This document shows, one piece after another, positions 48,239 to 57,681 of a DNA stretch of 64,000 nt. The notes below the pieces were generated by a model. It was not told the DNA's origin and did not search any database. It worked only from the letters and a program-made list of their open reading frames with translations. The position numbers and the translations under genes were made by a program. Source of the stretch: Candidatus Latescibacterota bacterium (lineage in GTDB: Bacteria > Latescibacterota > UBA2968 > UBA8231); the NCBI GenBank assembly GCA_965248265.1, contig CBDFJF010000002.1:2624001-2688000 (forward strand), read 5' to 3'. Position 1 is the first letter of the stretch. Every line of letters begins with the position of its first letter.

Positions 48239-49495
48239 TTACACGGTCCCGTTCATGGCAAAGTCGAAAATGTGATAGCTCTTCACTTGCTCCGATTTCG
48301 CGCGGGCCTCGTATTCGGCGTTGAGGGGCCGGCTGACCGCGAAGGGCACATCGCGCTCGGAGATCCCGCCGTGGGAACGCAGGCGCTCCCCGTTCAGGCC
48401 GGCGAGATCGTGATCGTCGAGTCCCATGCCGACGCAGTAGCTCTCCTCGGAAATCACCACGACATCGGCTTCGAGATCGAACGGCAGATCGAACCGGGTC
48501 GCTGCCGCCCCGCGCGCGAGGACTTCCTCGATACCGGCGATTGGGCGGATGAAGTCTATCGCTTCCGCAGCCGTAACTCCGTCGAAACAATGAACGCGCA
48601 CGAAGCCGCCCAGCGATCCGTGATGGCCGACGAAGGCATCGGTAATTGGACAGATGACTTTGGTAGTGCCGCCGCCGAAACGCTCGTCCAGTAAATCCTG
48701 GAGATAGACGATATTGTAGCGGCCGTCTGCGGCGCACTTGTCTTTCATACCGTGATCGGCGACGAAGCCGATGATCGCCCCCAGCTGCTCCAGGCGCGCG
48801 AAGCGATCGTCCAGCGCCTTGTAGAATTCGAGTGCCTGTGGGTGGTCGGGGACATATTTGTGCTGCACGTAATCTGTCAGAGACAGGTACAGCAGACCCG
48901 GACGCTCATCCTGCTCGAGAAATTTGATTCCCGCATCGAGCACGAAAAGCGACAGTTCCTCCGAGTAGATGTCGGGCAGCGGCTGGCCGACCAAACTGAG
49001 CCCGTCCTCGATGCCGTTTTCCACCATCGTGCACTGGTCCGCGTGTTCGGAAGAAAAGCAGACATTGCCGGTGCTGACATCGAGGTCTTTGCCGAGTTGC
49101 TTGCGCAGTTTGTCCTTTGCCGTGACGACGACGGTCTTAACGCCCATTTTCGAAACCACATCGAATATGGTGCGGGATCGCATCAGCTCGGGCCCCGTCA
49201 TAACCACGGCCTCACCTGTTTGCCGGTCCAGATAGAAATTTCCCGAAATCCCATGGACGTTAGGCGGTCCGCCCGTGGCGATCGAGATATTGTTGGGGCA
49301 GGTGAAACTCGGAATGACACAATGAGCGATGCAGCTGAAGCCGTCTTCCATGAACCGCGCAATGTTGGGGATGACGCCGGCCTTTTTCGCAGCGTCGAAA
49401 TACTCAGGGTCTCCGCCGTCGACACACACGACGGCCACCGGAGAATCCGGAACACGGTACGTCACTCCGTTCAGCTGTGCCGTGTCCTGTGCCAT
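48239..49495 (-). CDS. phnA: phosphonoacetate hydrolase
   Basis: VVCVDG, IPSFTCPNNISIATG, HGISGNFY, VVTAKDKLR, YLSLTDYVQHK, ADHGM, ICPITDAFVGHHGSLG, LRSHGG. Confidence 0.93.
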   Translation of the reverse strand: MAQDTAQLNGVTYRVPDSPVAVVCVDGGDPEYFDAAKKAGVIPNIARFMEDGFSCIAHCVIPSFTCPNNISIATGGPPNVHGISGNFYLDRQTGEAVVMTGPELMRSRTIFDVVSKMGVKTVVVTAKDKLRKQLGKDLDVSTGNVCFSSEHADQCTMVENGIEDGLSLVGQPLPDIYSEELSLFVLDAGIKFLEQDERPGLLYLSLTDYVQHKYVPDHPQALEFYKALDDRFARLEQLGAIIGFVADHGMKDKCAADGRYNIVYLQDLLDERFGGGTTKVICPITDAFVGHHGSLGGFVRVHCFDGVTAAEAIDFIRPIAGIEEVLARGAAATRFDLPFDLEADVVVISEESYCVGMGLDDHDLAGLNGERLRSHGGISERDVPFAVSRPLNAEYEARAKSEQVKSYHIFDFAMNGTV

Positions 49496-49626
49496 CGAAA
49501 CGCTGCCTCCATCGGATGTGGTATCAGTTTTGCCCGCGCAAGGCCTGGCGACCGAGCAGCAGTATTATCTCCAAACCAAGGCGCGTTGTCGAGGGGGATG
49601 CCCGGCCGCTGGTGCGGCAAACTCCT

Positions 49627-49675
49627 TTCAATTCGACACCAAGCCGCAAGCGATCTTAGACTATCCATAACGGGC
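49627..49675 (+). repeat. third copy of the dispersed repeat core; sigma70-like promoter TCGACA-N18-TAGACT
   Basis: TTCAATTCGACACCAAGCCGCAAGCGATCTTAGACTATCC nearly identical to 36394-36430; 100 bp upstream of ATG 49733. Confidence 0.7.
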
Positions 49676-49732
49676 TCTTCGTTTGGCCGGTTGGTAGACC
49701 GCTCACAGAGCCTGACCCCTGGAGAATACTCA

Positions 49733-50770
49733 ATGTCTGAGATCTACAAAGCCTGCCTGGTCGGCTGCGGCCGCATGGGCGGCACCATAGACGACGAAAT
49801 GCGCGACCGCCCCTTCCGCATTTTGCCTCATACGCACGCCGGCGCGTGCAACGCCGTTGATCAAGTCGATCTCGTCGGTGCTTCCGATGTCGTGCCCGAG
49901 AAGGTCGAGGTCCTGTGCGAGCGCTACGGCGCGGCCAACGGCTACGAGGACTACCGGGTGATGATCGAGAGGGAAGAGCCTGCCATCGTCTGCATCGCCA
50001 CCCGCCCGAACAACCATGCAGAGATCACGGTCTTCGCCGCCGAGCACGGCGTCCGTGCCATTTATTGTGACAAACCATTGTGCGGCTCGATGGCCGAGGC
50101 CGACGCGATGCTGGCCGCGTGCAGTCGCCATGGAGTCAAGTTCAACTACGGCACCAATCGCCGCTTCGTGCCGATGTTCCACACCATGCGCCGCATCGTC
50201 GACGAAGGAGAGATCGGAGATCTCCAGTCGGTGACGGCTCTCAGCAGCAGCGTGGCGCAATGGGGCCTGACCCATGCCGCCGACCTGCTCCTCTACCTGG
50301 CGCAGGACGCACAGATCGATTTCGTTCAGGGCCACATCACCTGCGACGAAGCGGACTTCGATGGCGAGCACCTGATGACAGACCCGCTCGTGCACATGGG
50401 CTATGTCCAGTTTGCCAACGGCGTGCGTGGCTATGTCGTGAGCGGGATAGGGTACGAATTCGAGATCAGCGGCAGCGAAGGGCGGCTGCGCACGACGAAC
50501 GACATCGAGGCGCTGATCCATCGCCGGCGGGGAGATCACGATGTGTTGAGTGAAATACCAAGTCCGCCTTACGCATACGAGAGCGGCACGGTCAACGCGA
50601 TTCGCGATCTGGTGCAGGCTCTGAACACCGACAGCGACACCATGGGCAACCTGGCGCTGGCCTGTCGCAGCCAGGAGATGGTCATCGGTTTCTGTGAATC
50701 GCATCGTCAAGAAGGCGCGCGGGTCTCGCTGCCGCTGGTGAATCGCGAACTCTACGTGGGAAAATGGTGA
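49733..50770 (+). CDS. Gfo/Idh/MocA family oxidoreductase
   Basis: ACLVGCGRMG, IVCIAT, YCDKP, GEIGDL, THAAD; GGAG RBS. The real start is inside the 672-aa ORF of the track. Confidence 0.9.
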   Translation: MSEIYKACLVGCGRMGGTIDDEMRDRPFRILPHTHAGACNAVDQVDLVGASDVVPEKVEVLCERYGAANGYEDYRVMIEREEPAIVCIATRPNNHAEITVFAAEHGVRAIYCDKPLCGSMAEADAMLAACSRHGVKFNYGTNRRFVPMFHTMRRIVDEGEIGDLQSVTALSSSVAQWGLTHAADLLLYLAQDAQIDFVQGHITCDEADFDGEHLMTDPLVHMGYVQFANGVRGYVVSGIGYEFEISGSEGRLRTTNDIEALIHRRRGDHDVLSEIPSPPYAYESGTVNAIRDLVQALNTDSDTMGNLALACRSQEMVIGFCESHRQEGARVSLPLVNRELYVGKW

Positions 50771-50847
50771 GGGCCGTGAGTAAACGAGCGGGTAGTGTTC
50801 CGCCGCCGCCAACTTGAATCGCAATATGCTGACGTGGGAGAAATATT

Positions 50848-51780
50848 ATGGATGTCCAACAGGCTAAAACTGTTTTCAGAGGACCGATGGTCTCCGTGGC
50901 AACGCCCTTGACGCCGGGTTTAGAGCTCGATCTCGACGCGCTGCGCAGCAACATTCGCTTCATGGTCGACAGAGGGGTCCGTCACGGACAGGGGGTGCTG
51001 CTGGTAGCCGCGGCCGGGGGCGAATTCCCCATGCTCAGCATGGAAGAGCGCAAGGAAGTCACGCGTGTCAGCGTGGAGGCCAGCCATGGTGAGGTCCCCG
51101 TTGCGACCAGCATTCAATCCAACGGCACCCGCGAGGTGGTAGAGATGGCCCGCTTCGCCAGGGAGGTAGGGGCCGACCTGGGGCAGCTCTCCGCGCCCTA
51201 CTATTACGGACCGCCAGACCAGGACATCTTCGATCTGTTCAAAGCCGCGTCGGAAGAGAGCGGTCTGCCGATCATGATCTACAACAACTGGTGGAACACG
51301 CTCAACATGAATGTCGACATGGTAGAGAGACTGGCGGAGCTGCCCAACGTCGTCGTCCTCAAGTGGTCGGCCCCCTCTTCAGGCCAATACACGGATGGAA
51401 TGCACCGCCTGGCGGATCGACTGGCCATCATCGACAACGGCGGTCAGCACGTGTGGTCCCACATGATGGGTGCCGTGGGCTTTATCACCCACCTGTCCAA
51501 CTTCTGGCCGGAATATCCTCTCGAGATCTGGAACCTTCTGGAACAGCAGGATTATCAGCAGGTCATTCCGAAACTGGCCGAATTCAAGTGGCGCTGGAGC
51601 AAGTGGGTGACAAAGGTCGTTCATGAAACCGAAGGGGAAGGCCCCTTCATCAAGGCGGCCATGGAGGAAGTGGGGCTGCCTGCCGGTCCGCCGCGTCCGC
51701 CTGCGCGACCGGTATCCGCGGAACTGCGGCAGGAGCTTCACCAGCTGATGGCGAGCGTCCGCGAACCCGCTGATTCCTGA
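50848..51780 (+). CDS. DapA-like aldolase/dehydratase
   Basis: VATP, AAAGGEF (variant of GTTGE), APYY, MIYNN, Schiff-base VVLKWS, AGPPRPP. Confidence 0.85.
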   Translation: MDVQQAKTVFRGPMVSVATPLTPGLELDLDALRSNIRFMVDRGVRHGQGVLLVAAAGGEFPMLSMEERKEVTRVSVEASHGEVPVATSIQSNGTREVVEMARFAREVGADLGQLSAPYYYGPPDQDIFDLFKAASEESGLPIMIYNNWWNTLNMNVDMVERLAELPNVVVLKWSAPSSGQYTDGMHRLADRLAIIDNGGQHVWSHMMGAVGFITHLSNFWPEYPLEIWNLLEQQDYQQVIPKLAEFKWRWSKWVTKVVHETEGEGPFIKAAMEEVGLPAGPPRPPARPVSAELRQELHQLMASVREPADS

Positions 51781-51840
51781 GAGGGGAGCCGGCGCGGAAC
51801 TCGTGCAACTTTGCTCAGCACACGCTTGAGAGGATCCAAC

Positions 51841-52995
51841 ATGGCAGCACCGACGATCACGAAGATCGAGCACATCTATTTCACCCACGAGATTCAGGAC
51901 CTGGGAGCCGACTACAATGGCTTCAACCAGGTCTACGAGAAAGGTGCCAGGCGCGAGATGACTTCCTGCATCGCGCGCGTGCACACCAGCGAGGGCATCA
52001 TCGGCGAACACCTCGGCGGGTCTATCCCTGAAGGCGTTGCCCGCTACCTGATCGGCAAGAACCCCTTTGCGCGCGAGAAGATCTACAACGACCTCAAGCG
52101 CGGGATGCGCCACACCGGTGTCACCGCCCTCTGCTCGGCGGACGTGGCGCTGTGGGACTTTGCCGGCAAGGCCTACGGCGTACCGGTGTGGCAACTGCTG
52201 GGCGGTTGGCGCGAGACCATTCCGACGTACGCCTCGACCTACCACGGCGACGAGAACGGCGGTCTCGACACCCCCGAGGCCTTCGCCGACTTCGCCGAGC
52301 GCTGCCGCGAGATCGGTTATCCCGCCTTCAAGATCCACGGCTGGGGCAACGCGCCGATCGAGCGCGAGGTGGCCAATGTGCTCGAGGTCGCCAAACGCGT
52401 CGGAGACCGAATGGATCTCATGGTCGACCCCGCATGTGAACTGCAGACCTGGGCCGACGCGCTGCGCCTCGGGCGCGCCTGCGACGAGGCCGGCTTTTTC
52501 TGGCTCGAGGATCCCTACAGAGACGGCGGGGTGTCCAGCTTCGCTCACAAAAAGCTGCGCGAGCTGATCAAGACTCCGCTGCTGCAGACCGAGCACATCT
52601 TCGGCCTCGAACAGCACGTCGACTTCATCCTCAGTTCAGGCACGGACTTCGTCCGCACCGGGTGCTACGAGGATGGCGGCATCACCGGGGCCATGAAGGT
52701 GGCCCACGCGGCCGAGGGGTTTGGCCTGGACGTCGAGTTCCACGGGGGCGGCCTGGCTCATCGCCATTGCATCGCAGCCATCCGCAACACCAACTATTAC
52801 GAGCTGGGCCTGCTGCACCCGCTCGTCGCCAAGACCAAGCCGCCCGTGTACTCTCCCGAATTCACCGACGAGCTGGAGAACGTCGATGCCAACGGTCACG
52901 TACCCGTGCCCCAGGGGCCGGGCTTGGGTGTGGAGATGGATTGGGACTACATCGATGCCCACCGGAGTGGCGAGACCGTGTACGAGGGTCCGTAA
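51841..52995 (+). CDS. mandelate racemase/muconate lactonizing enzyme family dehydratase
   Basis: DVALWDFAGK, AFKIH, LMVDP, WLEDP, LQTE, VPQGPGLGVE. Confidence 0.9.
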   Translation: MAAPTITKIEHIYFTHEIQDLGADYNGFNQVYEKGARREMTSCIARVHTSEGIIGEHLGGSIPEGVARYLIGKNPFAREKIYNDLKRGMRHTGVTALCSADVALWDFAGKAYGVPVWQLLGGWRETIPTYASTYHGDENGGLDTPEAFADFAERCREIGYPAFKIHGWGNAPIEREVANVLEVAKRVGDRMDLMVDPACELQTWADALRLGRACDEAGFFWLEDPYRDGGVSSFAHKKLRELIKTPLLQTEHIFGLEQHVDFILSSGTDFVRTGCYEDGGITGAMKVAHAAEGFGLDVEFHGGGLAHRHCIAAIRNTNYYELGLLHPLVAKTKPPVYSPEFTDELENVDANGHVPVPQGPGLGVEMDWDYIDAHRSGETVYEGP

Positions 52996-53071
52996 GAGGC
53001 CATGCTAACCAGCTAGGCATCCAGGCCGAGTATCTTTCCCGGCTGAACTCCTATTTCCAGGCGGTGTAGAA

Positions 53072-54208
53072 ATGTCCACAATCTCAGTAGGTCGCTCGGC
53101 CATCGTTCACAAGGATGACTTCGCCTACATCTCGCATCCGTCCATCGCCGTACTGGCCAACGGCGATTGGCTCGCGGCGTTCAACCATTCCCGGCGTCGC
53201 CAACCTTACCATCACCCGCCCGGTGATCCACTCTTTCGCACCTTGCTTTCCCGTTCGTCCGACCGGGGGAAGACCTGGTCCGCGCCCTGGTTTGCTCCCG
53301 ACTTCGACTGGTACGGCACCGAATGCCCAGGTATCGCGCAGCTGGGTGACGGTACGGTTGTCCTGACCCAGTTTCGCTTCGCCTGGTATCCCCTCGGCAT
53401 GGTGAAAAAGCTGCGTGCCGAGGGCGTCTCGATATCGATCAAACTGCCCGGCAAGCGGTGGACGGAGGAGTTCAGTGAGCAGGATCTGAGCGATGCCGAG
53501 CACACCTGGGCGCGGGGGCATCACGGACTCTACGTTCATCTGAGTGCCGACGGCGGTGACTCTTTTGCACAGACAACCAGGATAGATTGCGGACCGTACC
53601 TGAATGGGTACACCAGAACCGGTGTCATCCACCTCGAGGATGGGCGGTTGGCGTATGCTGTTGCCGAACATCCAACCGGTAGCAACTCATACATCCTTTT
53701 CTCTGGTGATGGTGGTTCGACATGGGATTCACCCGTGCCGATTGTGGATTCCCCCGATGGAGGCTTCGGCGAGCCGGACATTGCCGAAGTGGCATCCGAT
53801 GAGCTGTACTGTATTCTGCGCAGCGAACGACCGATTTCAGAGGACGTCTACTACCTGCACGGGTGCCGGTCAGTGGATGGCGGCAAGACCTGGAGCGCGC
53901 CCGCGGCTACGGCAATGGACGGCATTCCGGGACATTTGTTGGTTCTTGCGGACGGCCGTCTGCTGTGCACCTACGCCCGCCGGAGGGCGCCGTTCGGAAT
54001 CTATGCCAGTCTTTCAGAAGATGCGGGGCACACCTGGCAGGTGGACGAAGAAATCGTGATTCGGGATGATCTGCCGAACAGGGATCTGGGATATCCGACG
54101 ACGATCGAATACGAACCGGGAAAGCTCTTTGTGTGTTATTACGGTCAGGAGTTGGATGGGGTTACCTGTGTACAGGGGAGTTATCTCGAGATCGAAATCG
54201 CCGGTTAG
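53072..54208 (+). CDS. BNR/Asp-box (sialidase-like) beta-propeller protein
   Basis: Five Asp-boxes: SSDRGKTW, SADGGDSF, SGDGGSTW, SVDGGKTW, SEDAGHTW; DLGYP. Confidence 0.85.
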   Translation: MSTISVGRSAIVHKDDFAYISHPSIAVLANGDWLAAFNHSRRRQPYHHPPGDPLFRTLLSRSSDRGKTWSAPWFAPDFDWYGTECPGIAQLGDGTVVLTQFRFAWYPLGMVKKLRAEGVSISIKLPGKRWTEEFSEQDLSDAEHTWARGHHGLYVHLSADGGDSFAQTTRIDCGPYLNGYTRTGVIHLEDGRLAYAVAEHPTGSNSYILFSGDGGSTWDSPVPIVDSPDGGFGEPDIAEVASDELYCILRSERPISEDVYYLHGCRSVDGGKTWSAPAATAMDGIPGHLLVLADGRLLCTYARRRAPFGIYASLSEDAGHTWQVDEEIVIRDDLPNRDLGYPTTIEYEPGKLFVCYYGQELDGVTCVQGSYLEIEIAG

Positions 54209-54268
54209 TCTGCTAGCTTTCTCGTGCGGAGCACCTGACATCAGAGAGAAATCAAACGCGCCCTGCCA

Positions 54269-55024
54269 ATGACCCCAGAACTGCTCGAGGCCGCCAATCA
54301 CCTGCTTACCCAGGGCTATTGCCTGCTCGAAGACCGCCTACCTGAATCAGAGGCCCGGTCGATGGCGCGGGACCTTCTGCTGCTGCACGCCAATCCGGAA
54401 TACGACCGCTACAAGAGTGACTCGCTGCCCTACCAAACCCTGTTTGGCATGTTGAACCACGACGACCGCGTCTGGGAATGCGCCTTCCATCCCGATACGG
54501 TCGCCATCGCCCGTCACTTCCTGGGTGAGCGCTGCCGCGTTGTCGAGGCTTGCAGCAAACCGAACTGGCCCGGCTTCCATGGCCAGTGGCCGATGCACGT
54601 CGATTCTGCCGGTGATTTCAAGGACGTACCGGACGTGCCCTGGATGATCAACACGATCTGGATGCTGACTGATTTCACGACAGAGAACGGCGCCACCAGA
54701 GTTGTGCCGATGAGTCATCACACTCGCCTCAAGCGGCCCCCGGATGAGCTCGAAGTCGACGACCCGGTGATCAGGGATATCACCGGTCGATCCGGTTCAG
54801 TAATGATGTGGCACGGCGGCCTGTTTCACGGTGCTGGACCGAATACGGGACAGGAAATCCGCGTCGGCCTCAACATCGCCTACTATCCCCGCTGGATGAA
54901 CAACTGGGTCGAGGGCGGTCACCAGCCGCTGTGGCGGGGGACCTACGAACGCATGCCAGAGGAGTACCAGGCTTTGTGTGTCGGCAAGTTCGGAACGGAG
55001 AGGGAATCCGAGTACGAGGTGTAG
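54269..55024 (+). CDS. phytanoyl-CoA dioxygenase (PhyH) family Fe(II)/2OG oxygenase
   Basis: MHVD, IWMLTDFTTENGATRVVPMSH, LFHGAGPN, conserved R. Confidence 0.88.
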   Translation: MTPELLEAANHLLTQGYCLLEDRLPESEARSMARDLLLLHANPEYDRYKSDSLPYQTLFGMLNHDDRVWECAFHPDTVAIARHFLGERCRVVEACSKPNWPGFHGQWPMHVDSAGDFKDVPDVPWMINTIWMLTDFTTENGATRVVPMSHHTRLKRPPDELEVDDPVIRDITGRSGSVMMWHGGLFHGAGPNTGQEIRVGLNIAYYPRWMNNWVEGGHQPLWRGTYERMPEEYQALCVGKFGTERESEYEV

Positions 55025-55035
55025 GCAAGTTCGAC

Positions 55036-55064
55036 TCGACACCAAGCCCCAACCGACATAGACT
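55036..55064 (+). promoter_or_regulatory. sigma70-like promoter TCGACA-N17-TAGACT; divergent fourth copy of the dispersed repeat
   Basis: TCGACACCAAGCCCCAACCGACATAGACT shares both hexamers and the first spacer bases with the 49633 copy; 104 bp upstream of ATG 55140. Confidence 0.5.
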
Positions 55065-55139
55065 GACAAGTCGCCGCTCATCGGTCTGGGGGTGATTCGG
55101 AGCTGACCTGCCCACCTCGTAGCATGTAGGGGATCTCAA

Positions 55140-56699
55140 ATGCACAAGCCCAAGCTTATTCTCAACAACGACGCCCGCCACTACCTGATGTACCGGTTCG
55201 ACCCGCCTCTGAGTCGCAAGCGTCTGCAGAGCCCGGTTGATGAAATCCTCGGCACCGGCGTGGACACGCTCTCCTTCGGACTGGCATCGGGCGCGACCTT
55301 CCTGCATGACTCGAAGGTAGCCGACAAGTGGGGGGATTCGGTCGTCGACCATGACAATGGTGTAATGTGGTGGCGTGCTGCCAAGAACCTGGAGGCCGCC
55401 CTGGCCGCCGGCATGGACCCGCTGCAGATCGTCATCGACCGGGCCCACGAGAAAGACATCCAGGTTATCGCCAGTATGCGCATCAACGATGCGGGCACGG
55501 CCAACGGTCCCAACCGGCAACCCTACATGTGCAACCGGCTCAAGATCGACCACCCGGAGTACATGATCGGCGAGGAAGACCCGCTGAGGCCGGCGGTCAA
55601 AACCTGCCTCAACTTTGCCATAGACGAGGTGCGTCAAGAGAGGCTCAACGTCATCGAGGAGGTGTGTGACCGTTATGGCGCCGACGGCATCGAGATCGAC
55701 GAATACGTTCGCGTGTTCTTCAAGCCATCGGAGGTCGAGCGCAACACCCCATTGCTAACCGATTTCATGAGAGACGTTCGCGAACTGTTGGACCGCATCG
55801 GCCAGAAACGTGGTGAACGGCTGATGGTGGCGGCCCGGGTCAACCCGCGCGAAGACGCGAATCTCGCTGTAGGCATGGACGTGCGGTCATGGGTTGAAGA
55901 GAAGCTCGTCGATGCCATCGTCATCAACACCCGCGGCTTGGAGATTGACCCGGAGCCTCGCTTCGGTTGGCTCACCGATGTCGCCAGGAAGAACGACGTC
56001 TGGCTCTACCCGAACGTGGGTCGCTATCCGTATGATGATCGCCACCACGAACCCACCATTGAGATGATTCGCGCTGTGGCCTCGAACCAGATGGCGGCCG
56101 GGGCCGACGGGCTCTATCTCGCCCATCTGCTGTGGCCGCACAGCCCGGACGAGTACCTCGTCATGCGTGAGCTCGGCGATCCGGACATATATGCGCGTAA
56201 GGGCAAGCATTTCTTCCCGGCCCGGTACGAGCCCAGCATGGAGCCCTGGCCGGTGGAACGCCACCTGCCCCAGACGCTGGAAGAGGGCGTGCCGGCCATA
56301 GTTCCGATGACGGTCGGCGACGACCTCGACGCGGCACGTAGTGACGACGAGTTGAAGCGCGTCACCCTTCGGGTGCGCATCGTCCAGACCGGCATGGACG
56401 ACGAGCTCAGCTTTACGTTCAATGACAGCCCGCTTGCGGTCGAGGCACGCAACATTTCGACCATCTACGGCGGCATCGTTCCATATCTCACGTGGTGTCA
56501 GGGGATGGACGTACGGATCGGCACACACTACTGGTTCGAGTTCGACCTGCCCATCGACCTGGTGCAGCAGGGGGTGAACGAGGTCGCCGTTACCATGGAG
56601 AGCCGACTGGCAGAGCGTGTCGAGGACCGCGTCCTGCACCAGGTGGAGCTGCTGATCGAGTACGCGGAGCCGCCTATGAGGGTCGGCGCCCAGATGTAG
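55140..56699 (+). CDS. glycoside hydrolase-like TIM-barrel protein (GHL10/DUF187-like)
   Basis: ILNND, DPLQIVIDRAHE, ASMRIND, LNFAIDEVR, YGADGIEID, AGADGLYL. Confidence 0.7.
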   Translation: MHKPKLILNNDARHYLMYRFDPPLSRKRLQSPVDEILGTGVDTLSFGLASGATFLHDSKVADKWGDSVVDHDNGVMWWRAAKNLEAALAAGMDPLQIVIDRAHEKDIQVIASMRINDAGTANGPNRQPYMCNRLKIDHPEYMIGEEDPLRPAVKTCLNFAIDEVRQERLNVIEEVCDRYGADGIEIDEYVRVFFKPSEVERNTPLLTDFMRDVRELLDRIGQKRGERLMVAARVNPREDANLAVGMDVRSWVEEKLVDAIVINTRGLEIDPEPRFGWLTDVARKNDVWLYPNVGRYPYDDRHHEPTIEMIRAVASNQMAAGADGLYLAHLLWPHSPDEYLVMRELGDPDIYARKGKHFFPARYEPSMEPWPVERHLPQTLEEGVPAIVPMTVGDDLDAARSDDELKRVTLRVRIVQTGMDDELSFTFNDSPLAVEARNISTIYGGIVPYLTWCQGMDVRIGTHYWFEFDLPIDLVQQGVNEVAVTMESRLAERVEDRVLHQVELLIEYAEPPMRVGAQM

Positions 56700-56700
56700 T

Positions 56701-57639
56701 TCACAACCTCTCGAGCGAATCGCCGATGGCGCAGGCGCGTGTCCGCTCTTCAGCCGAGAGGGGAGGCACGTCAGCGGCGCCGGCGTTTTCTTCCAGTTGC
56801 ACACGGCTCTTGGCCCCGGGGATGACGGAGGTGACCCCGTCGTTGTCGAGGATGAAGCGGAGGGCTGCCTGGACCATCGTGCGCTTTTCACCCTCGGTCA
56901 GAAACAGCAACTCATTCAGTTTCTGGAACGTCTCTATGGCCCGGTCGGAGGTGAAGCGCTTGAGGCGCTTGTCCTTGTCGTCGAGTTCGGGGCGGGTGTT
57001 GAAGTAGCGGCCGGACAGGGCCCCTGAACCCAGCGGGATCCGGATCAGGGTACCCAGATTCTCGTCCGCGGCCAGGCGCAGGATCTCCTCACCGTCGCGG
57101 TACAGGAGGTTGTAGCCCACTTGCACCATCGCCAGATCGCCCAGTGACATGAGCTTGCGGATGGCGTCGATGTCATTGGTCGAGATGCCGAACCAGCGAA
57201 TCTTCCCCTCCTTCTTCAGATCCGCCAGCGCGCCCATGACAGCCGCCATGGTATCCTCATGAGGCGCTATGTGCAACTGGTACACGTCGATGTAGTCGGT
57301 CCGCAGGCGCTGCAGACTGCCCTCGCAAGCCTCCACGATCCACTTCCGGGCTTTTTCTTCGTCCGGATCATCGGTGATGGGCGCGACCTTGGTCGCGATG
57401 ACGTACCGGTCGCGCCGATCCTTCAAGGCCTCGCCGATGACCTCTTCGCTGTGCCCCTCACCGTAGGTTCTGGCGGTGTCGAGCAGATTGATACCCAACT
57501 CCTCAGCCCGGTGAATGGTGGCGATGGATTCATCATCGGTTGTGCCGGTCCATCCAGCAGTCACGCCGCCCATCTGCCAGCAGCCGACGCCGACTCTCGA
57601 AATCTTGAGACCGGTTTTTCCCAGTACACGGTATTCCAC
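56701..57639 (-). CDS. aldo/keto reductase
   Basis: YRVLGKTGLKIS, DTARTYG.GHSE, IATK, SLQRLRTDYIDVYQLH, GKIRWFGIS, VIPGAK; GTG 57639 behind CAGGAG. Confidence 0.93.
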   Translation of the reverse strand: MEYRVLGKTGLKISRVGVGCWQMGGVTAGWTGTTDDESIATIHRAEELGINLLDTARTYGEGHSEEVIGEALKDRRDRYVIATKVAPITDDPDEEKARKWIVEACEGSLQRLRTDYIDVYQLHIAPHEDTMAAVMGALADLKKEGKIRWFGISTNDIDAIRKLMSLGDLAMVQVGYNLLYRDGEEILRLAADENLGTLIRIPLGSGALSGRYFNTRPELDDKDKRLKRFTSDRAIETFQKLNELLFLTEGEKRTMVQAALRFILDNDGVTSVIPGAKSRVQLEENAGAADVPPLSAEERTRACAIGDSLERL

Positions 57640-57681
57640 GGTGCTCTCCTGTTGTGACGGGTGCACTGCCACCCGTGGTGG

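Noticed and set aside
48752-49732. Apparent 672-aa fusion ORF (48752-50770)
   Set aside because: The first half is the antisense shadow of phnA plus intergenic DNA; only the Gfo/Idh/MocA part from 49733 has motifs and an RBS.
51379-55637. Long antisense ORFs (e.g. 51379-52617, 54870-55637)
   Set aside because: Shadow frames of high-GC genes on the opposite strand, with no independent motifs.
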